64,000 bases of DNA. Origin: Paracoccaceae bacterium. Lineage in GTDB: Bacteria > Pseudomonadota > Alphaproteobacteria > Rhodobacterales > Rhodobacteraceae. The stretch is from NCBI GenBank assembly GCA_022448925.1, contig JAKVCP010000001.1:6456-70455 (forward strand), written 5' to 3'. Position numbers and translations under genes: made by a program. Numbering within the stretch: the stretch's first letter is position 1; every line of letters starts with the position of its first letter. Positions 62,066 through 64,000 of the stretch are shown piece by piece. A model generated the notes under the pieces. It did no database searches, was not told the origin of the DNA, and was given only the letters and a program-made list of their open reading frames with translations.

Positions 62066-62464
62066 TTATCCTGCCTTGTCGGAAAACGCCCAGAATTTGG
62101 CAGCGAAGAACGTGGCCCCGGGGACAACCACCGCAACGCAGGCCATCGAGATTCCAAACCGCCACCCCATGTATGTGCCAAGAGCCGTCACGGCACTGCT
62201 TGTCAAAAGAGCGGCCAAAGACACGGTCACAAACCGCAGGAACTGTGCCCTTTGCCAGCGGGTCACGGCAAAGGTAAACCGCGCATGACCAATGTAGCTG
62301 ACCCAGACTGCCAGCGCATACCCGCAGAGGTTGGCAACCTGTGGAGTAAGGCCCAATTCGGCATGCACGACAAGCGCTACACCGGTGTGCACAACTGTAG
62401 CAACCAATCCAACCGCGCCAAACCTCAGCACTTCACCCAGTCGATGCAACTGTACAGAGGTCAT
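62066..62464 (-). CDS. GtrA-family membrane protein (polysaccharide / bactoprenol-sugar flippase-like)
   Basis: 132 aa, 4 TM helices. Typical GtrA N-terminus (LRFGAVGLVATVVHTGVALVV). 4-nt overlap with the upstream GT2 gene. Confidence 0.7.
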   Translation of the reverse strand: MTSVQLHRLGEVLRFGAVGLVATVVHTGVALVVHAELGLTPQVANLCGYALAVWVSYIGHARFTFAVTRWQRAQFLRFVTVSLAALLTSSAVTALGTYMGWRFGISMACVAVVVPGATFFAAKFWAFSDKAG

Positions 62465-63456
62465 GTGTCAGGCTCTTGATGCAAATAGGCATTGCGAACA
62501 ACATACAGCGGACGGTCGCGCACCTCTGTAAGGATACGTCCGATATATTCCCCCAATATGCCGACAGCAAAGAGGTTCAGCCCTCCAAAAAGCAGGATCA
62601 GAACCACGGTCGAGGCATAGCCCGGCACATCAACGCCGAAGACAAGCGTTCGAAGGAAAAGGTAACCCGCGTATACAAATGACAGCAATGCCAGCGAGCT
62701 GCCGATATAGGTCCAGATCCGCAACGGTTTCGTGGTCGAGGCAAAGATCCCGTCAAGCGCCATGTTCCACAGGCGCCAATAGGAAAACGTGCTGACACCG
62801 GCACTGCGTTGATGCCGCTCGAACAAAACCTCCTCCGTCGGGAAGCCCACCCAGCCAAACAGGGCCTTGTTCAATCGGACCCTTTCGCTCAGCGTACACA
62901 AAACGTCGACGACCTGACGATCCAGAAGTCTGAAATCGCCAACGTCCTGCGGGATGGGCTGATCGGCCACTGCGTTGAAGACCCGGTAAAACCCCTGCGC
63001 TGTCACACGTTTTATCCAGGTATCGCTGGATCTGTCAGACCTGCGCGCATTGACAATTTGTGCCCCGGCGCGCCATTTCGCGATCATCTCGGGTATGATT
63101 GTTGGATCATCCTGCAAATCGACATCGATTGGGATCACGGCGTCGCCAGTGGCGTATTTCAACCCGGCCCACAATGCTGCCTCTTTGCCAAAGTTGCGCG
63201 ACAGGTTGACCAAGCTGATGGCGCGATCGGGTGACATGCACGACCTGATGGCCAATTCCGTGCCATCCCGGCTACCGTCGTTCACAAACACAATGTCGAA
63301 GTGCGCAACATCGTGCATGGTTTTGAGAAGCTGTTCAATCTGATCGAGGAAAGGACCAATCGCATCCTGTTCATTGAACACCGGAACCACCAGCGTGACA
63401 CACGGCACATTCGGGGATGCTAGGTCCTGCTGTTCAACATCTGTCACAACTGTCAT
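62461..63456 (-). CDS. Family-2 glycosyltransferase (GtrB / DPM1-like polyprenyl-phosphate sugar transferase)
   Basis: N-terminal GT-A motifs (LVVPVFNEQDAI ... VNDGSRDGT ... DVDLQDDP) and two C-terminal TM helices. Confidence 0.8.
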   Translation of the reverse strand: MTVVTDVEQQDLASPNVPCVTLVVPVFNEQDAIGPFLDQIEQLLKTMHDVAHFDIVFVNDGSRDGTELAIRSCMSPDRAISLVNLSRNFGKEAALWAGLKYATGDAVIPIDVDLQDDPTIIPEMIAKWRAGAQIVNARRSDRSSDTWIKRVTAQGFYRVFNAVADQPIPQDVGDFRLLDRQVVDVLCTLSERVRLNKALFGWVGFPTEEVLFERHQRSAGVSTFSYWRLWNMALDGIFASTTKPLRIWTYIGSSLALLSFVYAGYLFLRTLVFGVDVPGYASTVVLILLFGGLNLFAVGILGEYIGRILTEVRDRPLYVVRNAYLHQEPDT

Positions 63457-63552
63457 CTCGGGTATCCACTGCTCGATCCCAAATGCCGCATGTTCACGGT
63501 CGCTTTATGTTGAAAACAGAATACCCGTGTTGAGATGTAAAAAAAACCTATT

Positions 63553-64000
63553 TCACAAATCAGCTCCGCTGGCACGCAACAAGCGATCTGCTTCAGTGCG
63601 CAGAATGCGGGCCATGACAGCGATATCCCCTGTTTCATCCTGAGCGGCAGAACGTATTAATGCAATTTTGCGCACCAAACCGGGGTCCTCAAGCCTTCGC
63701 AATGTCAAATCTGTGCCACGACGCGCCTCGGTTGCGGCATAAATCCCGGGCAGAATGGCAAGACCTGCACCGCTCGCCGCCATCAGGCGAATGGCATCAA
63801 GGCTGGTGCCTTCATAATCTTGCGACATGCGCGCACCCGCCCGATGCGCCAATCCCGCGACCTGATGTGACAGGGGGTGCGCCTTTCCCAAGGTTAGCAA
63901 AATTTGCCCCTTCAACACATCAATCTTCAACGGCCCCGGCGCGCCAGCCAAGGCATGATCCTTTGACATCGCCGCCCATAGATCCTCTCGGAACAACACG
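63553..64000 (-). CDS. LysR-family transcriptional regulator, C-terminal substrate-binding domain. The N-terminus lies beyond the window.
   Basis: LysR_substrate-like sequence. The ORF continues past position 64000. Confidence 0.6.
   Translation of the reverse strand, partial: VLFREDLWAAMSKDHALAGAPGPLKIDVLKGQILLTLGKAHPLSHQVAGLAHRAGARMSQDYEGTSLDAIRLMAASGAGLAILPGIYAATEARRGTDLTLRRLEDPGLVRKIALIRSAAQDETGDIAVMARILRTEADRLLRASGADL

Noticed and set aside
1-64000. Search for rRNA, CRISPR arrays, IS/transposase or integrase genes
   Set aside because: None seen. The only phage-related genes are the GTA structural set, which lacks integration and replication functions.

Overview
High-GC alphaproteobacterial (Rhodobacterales/roseobacter-like) chromosomal window, mostly core metabolism. 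Read left to right: purF (5' end cut by the window), a zwf-pgl-pgi operon, a radical-SAM gene, anmK, tyrS, two cyclophilin PPIases, pgk, class I fba, pdhA-pdhB-pdhC, gdhA and cysE. Then comes a complete RcGTA-type gene transfer agent head-tail cluster on the minus strand (g1 to g15, about 29.2-43.2 kb), with the usual cysE neighbour on one side and mltG plus fabF-acpP-fabG-fabD on the other. After that: a cytochrome b561/YceI pair, rpsF-rpsR-rplI, trigger factor, and a right-hand accessory-looking region. The least explained locus is in that region: a predicted cytoplasmic S8 subtilase directly downstream of a PAP2/haloperoxidase-like protein whose N-terminus is 14 copies of a 12-nt tandem repeat (Gly-Gly-Asn-Ala). 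Divergently from that operon sits a SARP-like (OmpR-type winged helix + TPR) regulator, and the shared intergenic region carries heptamer direct repeats spaced 11 bp apart. No rRNA, CRISPR array, IS element or integrase was found. One tRNA-like fragment was seen and rejected. Gene calls rest on reading the supplied translations for family motifs and on start/stop geometry. No database search was run.
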